This document shows, in pieces, positions 59,579-64,000 of a DNA stretch of 64,000 nucleotides; position 1 is the stretch's first letter; each line of letters opens with the position of its first letter. The position numbers were made by a program, and so were the translations under genes. The notes beneath the pieces were generated by a model, which ran no database searches, was not told the DNA's origin, and worked only from the letters and a program-made list of their open reading frames with translations. Origin of the DNA: Tubiluchus corallicola (lineage: Eukaryota; Animalia; Priapulida). The stretch covers positions 434,001-498,000 of the forward strand of contig JAQGDQ010000070.1 in NCBI GenBank assembly GCA_030141605.1, written 5' to 3'.

Positions 59579-61049
59579 CTTTTGAGTAACAGTTTAGCGC
59601 AAGATGAACGTTATTAGTCAGTAGCTGCACAAAACTGAAAATCAAATTAGCGAAAGGACTTATAGAACACCCATCTTTCTGAGCAACATGATAAAATGAT
59701 ACTATCATTATATATTTTTGTTACTCTATATTTATTTGCTTGCTTCTTTGTTTGTTTGTCCGTCCGTCAATTTTTTTAACTGAATAACTTTTACGTCATA
59801 CAAAAGCATACTACAAACTGCTCAGATTTCCCTTTTTCCAATGATCAGCAAGGCAAGGAAAATCCACGCGCATCGTGCATAGTAATTAGTCTTTTATTGC
59901 TTTCAAGAACAGTAATTACAGTCATACCTATTTGTAAGGAATGCAAGCGGAAATAAATACTGATATACCTCTGTAAGGCCGCGCGTGTAGTACCTTGCTT
60001 TTGTTATAGTTGACCACATAAATATTACAAGTTGTTTCTTTTATAGTATTTTGCTCATACTAAGCTTTATTGAGAACGTAAAGACAAGTAATTCAGTTTG
60101 GGGCAGAGTGACATAAAAATGATGTCGTTTGTTTCTTGATTTGTCTGTTTATATTAAAATTTTGCAAATAATTAAACTATTTCTTTTAGTTTTTTCCTAA
60201 GGAGTTCGGTTTTCGTCAACATGTCACAGCAACCTGAATGAGTCACTAAGAGCGAAACCGATTAACATGTCGTTAGTGGAGGTCCTTATGCGTTACAAAC
60301 TTGTAACATTCGACACCAACGTTTTCAAAAAGTGTACATCTAACCGCATCGCAGGTTTTACTATCGATAATTCTGTCCTGCAATGACCTTCAAAACAGCC
60401 CCACCCAAACAGGGAATTTAAGAAGAGGATGTTCCTGGAAACGGCAGCTATTACTGTAATATTTAGCATAAAGTCATTTCGGGTGCTTACGTGAGGTGTC
60501 TGGGCTCCAGGTACAAATTTATGGCACTGTGTCAAAAGTACGTGTACTCCATTTAAAATATAGTCTGACATAAAAACTGTTAGCCAACTCCTACCTGAAA
60601 TGGATTTGTAAGGATGCACAAAATAGAATAATGCTGCTGATAACGTTTTTTGCCCATGGATAAAATTATGGAAAAGATGTTTAATTATTATTGGGTTTTG
60701 CTTTCTCTTTTTACTCGGCATAAGACAATTCAATTAATTTGGCCCAGTTACTAACTGTAACTGTTGACAACCAAAACTGTAATATTTAATTCGAGAAATA
60801 GCAAATAACATTCTAGAAAATCTTTTCCAAGGCGGCTCTTTGAGAACATCCTCTACCCATAAATTTTTTTTTGCAACTATTTTAATTTACAGTTATCATA
60901 ATAATGCAGCCTACTTGAAAATTCCAGCTAAGACAAAAAAGAATGGGGTACAAATTATAGCAGTAGTGTACATTGCATTTACATATTTCTCAATTTAATA
61001 ACAGTATAGATAGTTTGTTAAAGACTGGAAACTGAATCGAAATAACGAA

Positions 61050-61112
61050 ATCGGGAACTGAACCAGAGATCGTGTGTTTTAAAACACTCAGGCTACGCCA
61101 ACTGAGCAGCTT
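61050..61112 (-). pseudogene. tRNA-derived fragment (tRNA pseudogene or SINE head)
   Basis: Reverse complement gctcagttggcgtagc...ctctggttcagttcccg has A-box- and B-box-like motifs but no intact cloverleaf. Confidence 0.4.
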
Positions 61113-64000
61113 GAGGCCCAAGTGGTCAGTCTGTCACGCGTCGTAGTCGTCAAAAATCAGAATACAGGAAGCTGTCCTGTCGTCCGTCTTGCTGATTTTA
61201 TTCAACAAAGTACTAAGTAGCCGTTAGATCATGAATTTCAAGCTGTTAGCAATTAAAATCTATTGTTATACGTAAGAGCATAGGTAATAACTTTCGCTGC
61301 TGGAAAGAGATTATGATGATATTATACAGTGTACCTTAAATATGGCTTGGGCAACTTAATTAATATCATCAGACTTAAAGTGACTTGCAAATTGCAATCT
61401 ATTGTTACGTGTAATACTTCATCTATGTATATAATTTTTGTTGGTTTATTAATTAGTTTTGTTTACTAACTCTCATTCATTTTTTATCATTCACTTTATG
61501 GATACCTTTATGTCTGAAATAAATAATTTGAATTGAATTGAATTGCTCATAAATGCACAGTCTTCATGAAATCTCAAAAATCAGCTGTACAAAAAGTCAC
61601 TGTAACACTTTGTTGTTCCAACTAATCATCCATGGTATCGCATAGAAACAGCTACCTACAATAAATTCGTTGTTACAAATTTAATTAGGCTTCTTCGTCT
61701 AATTGCTTTAATGCCAAAGCAGCGGATGAATGGGTTGCCAATAATCAACTCTTGTGTGGCAACTTTTCTCGAGGCAAGAAGCCAAGTTTAGTAAAGAAAG
61801 GTTAGTAAAGATACATCACTAGCATGATGTCACTCTACACATTCTCTTCCATTGTGCACACGTTCTGACTCTGAAAGGAAACTTTGCCGCCGTTTGTGTA
61901 AAAAAATCTTTATGATCAAATCAGTGTTAGGTTATGATGCTCCATGAGACTTATAAATCTGTAGAGTAACGTTTTCCATCACAAGTAACGATGCAGTTCA
62001 TCACAATGTGTCTTCTTACTAAGTTATTACCCGGCTATAAAGTAGTTAATACTTTAGTTTCTCGTAGTAAATATTTTAGTTTCTTGTCTAGAGAAAAATT
62101 TCGTTTTCTTTTCACTGGTATCACAATTACAATTGCGGATTTTTTGTCGCATTCTCCCTAGCCTTACGCTTATTACATAATTTTTTAAATTAATATCTAT
62201 GGTTGGGTACTAATATTAGCATGTGATACAGCTATATAGGCCTCTCGCTCATCAACTTACTGTTAGAAATACAAGAATTTTGCTTCACATTGTCACTTAC
62301 AGCTACAGTTAAGGAATTATGGTTGACTCAGCATTGACTTTTTCGCATTGATCAGTGCATTAACAGAAGATGCGCCAGTATCAGAAGTTATGAATCGCAT
62401 GTCATCTTCGATGCAATTTATGACTGACTCGTCAATAATGGTCGCGTGGTTTACTTGGTCAACTCTCCATTTTAAACCACGTAATTCCGAGGTCAGTTTT
62501 AAGACGCTGCGTCTTTATTTAAAATTGTCATTCTATTGGTTTCCAATGGACGTCGAAATGAAATTTATGAATAATCTGTTATTGGTAATTTGAGGGTAAC
62601 ACTAGTTTCTCGTATAGTGTAGAACAGTGGTCGTTATGTTGTAATTCAAATTTCTGTTTTTTGTTGGTTACTACTTTGAACCCAACTACTAATGTGCCCA
62701 CGTTCCAGTAGTGTTTTAGTGACATGCATACACGTATTACATTATCAGGGTCAGTAAATTTCACATAGCCCGGAGCGATTGTCACTTTCAGGCTAATGTG
62801 TGACAAAAGCTTGGTGTTTAAAATGCGTTTGTCAACAGACACAATCACAAAAGGTCTATGTAGTATGAAACATAATTAAAACATGGGAACTACGGCAGGT
62901 ATTTAAAAAACATGTCAACGCGACATAATCTAAATCTTAAAAAAAACACATAGAAATGTCACGTGTTAATTTGATATCTCATTTTTGCCTCTCATATATC
63001 AATAATAAGCAGACAAAATGCAAATTAAACAGAGTGCATGATGCAACAATTTAGGGGATATGAAAAAAACAGATACGAAAGAACATGTTGAAAATCAAAT
63101 ACTCAGTAAGAATAATATGGCGGAAAAGGGATTCGCGAATGCGCTGCGTAAAAAACAGATGCCGTACAACCCAGTTCAGAATTGTTCAGTTGTGAGTGTA
63201 TTGCACATGTTCGAGGCTCATGCATGAGCCCGGTGGTAAACTTAAACTTGAGTTTCAAACTTAAAATTTGCCGAATTTTTGTATATCACACTGAGTGTTG
63301 TGCACTAGTACTATACTTTTAATGTTCACTTTTGCAAACACGTGCAACAACTTCGTGAAATGATTGTGCTGTTAAAATTTATGTTCAGTTGCGATGTCAT
63401 CACTAATTGGGCTCATCCGGAATTAATTAAGTTTTAACACATTATTGAATTAACAGAAACATTTTGACATTGCAGGTCTTAAGCTTAAAATTTTGGCATG
63501 CTTAAAAATTGGATATATATGAAAAATTATCCTGTTTTCCTTTAAGGAAATTATCGAAAGGGCCGAAGAAAATACTTAAAATTGCGTAGAGAAAATGATT
63601 GAGTCCATAATAGCACCAGATTCTGTTTTTGCTCGGACAAAAAACGCTCTTAAATAAAAAAAACTTTTACTTTCAAAGTACACTAATTCCTGTCAAGACA
63701 ATAACATTTTTGGCAGATGACAACACCAGTAATGTAGCCAGTGCTACTGACCTTAAAAATGAAACATGAATTGGAGCCTCAATCTATACTATATCATCAT
63801 TTCGTAAATTGTTATTTTACGTCAATAATTGGTGATTAATCACTGATTTGCATATAACCACGCCTTTATTTGGATTAGGTATTACAAGCCTAACTCTGTC
63901 GCTGTGGGCCATGTAGTTGCACGTTTTCGTTTATAAAGCATAATTATTACTAAGCTAATTACCGCTCAAGGCTAGGGGTCATATTCATACGCTGAAGAGA

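Noticed and set aside
60293-60733. 146-aa ORF
   Set aside because: Non-ATG start, no motif and no flanking exons identified.
62330-62520. Minus-strand LKLTSELRGLKWRVD, reminiscent of a receptor guanylyl cyclase juxtamembrane segment
   Set aside because: Short, flanked by stops, and no kinase-homology or cyclase exons seen; likely chance.

Overview
AT-rich animal (probably marine invertebrate; inferred) genomic DNA with spliced genes. All five genes I can support lie on the minus strand. (1) First coding exon of SUMF1 (formylglycine-generating enzyme); the gene runs off the left edge. (2) CATIP with an uninterrupted CDS. (3) A three-exon, ~901-aa basic/disordered protein with one HMG box split by an intron. 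(4) A three-exon, 179-aa secreted Gly/His/Tyr-rich protein that the ORF track misses. (5) A ~28-kb, five-exon gene for a ~4412-aa secreted protein. Its 12.7-kb first exon encodes a signal peptide, coiled coil, Thr/Ala/Glu mucin repeats, 16-aa repeats and a poly-Asp tract. It splices in phase to four small exons, hidden from the ORF track, that build a C-terminal 8-Cys MAM domain. The mucin-MAM gene and its neighbour, the His-rich gene, are the best candidates for an undescribed extracellular-material (mucus, tube, cuticle, adhesive or mineral) system. Non-genic DNA holds decayed CR1- and L2-type LINE fragments, a Tc1/mariner remnant, MITE/hAT-like elements, tRNA- and 5S-derived fragments and many microsatellites. 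All gene models were spliced by hand from GT-AG signals and frame continuity; no database search was run.
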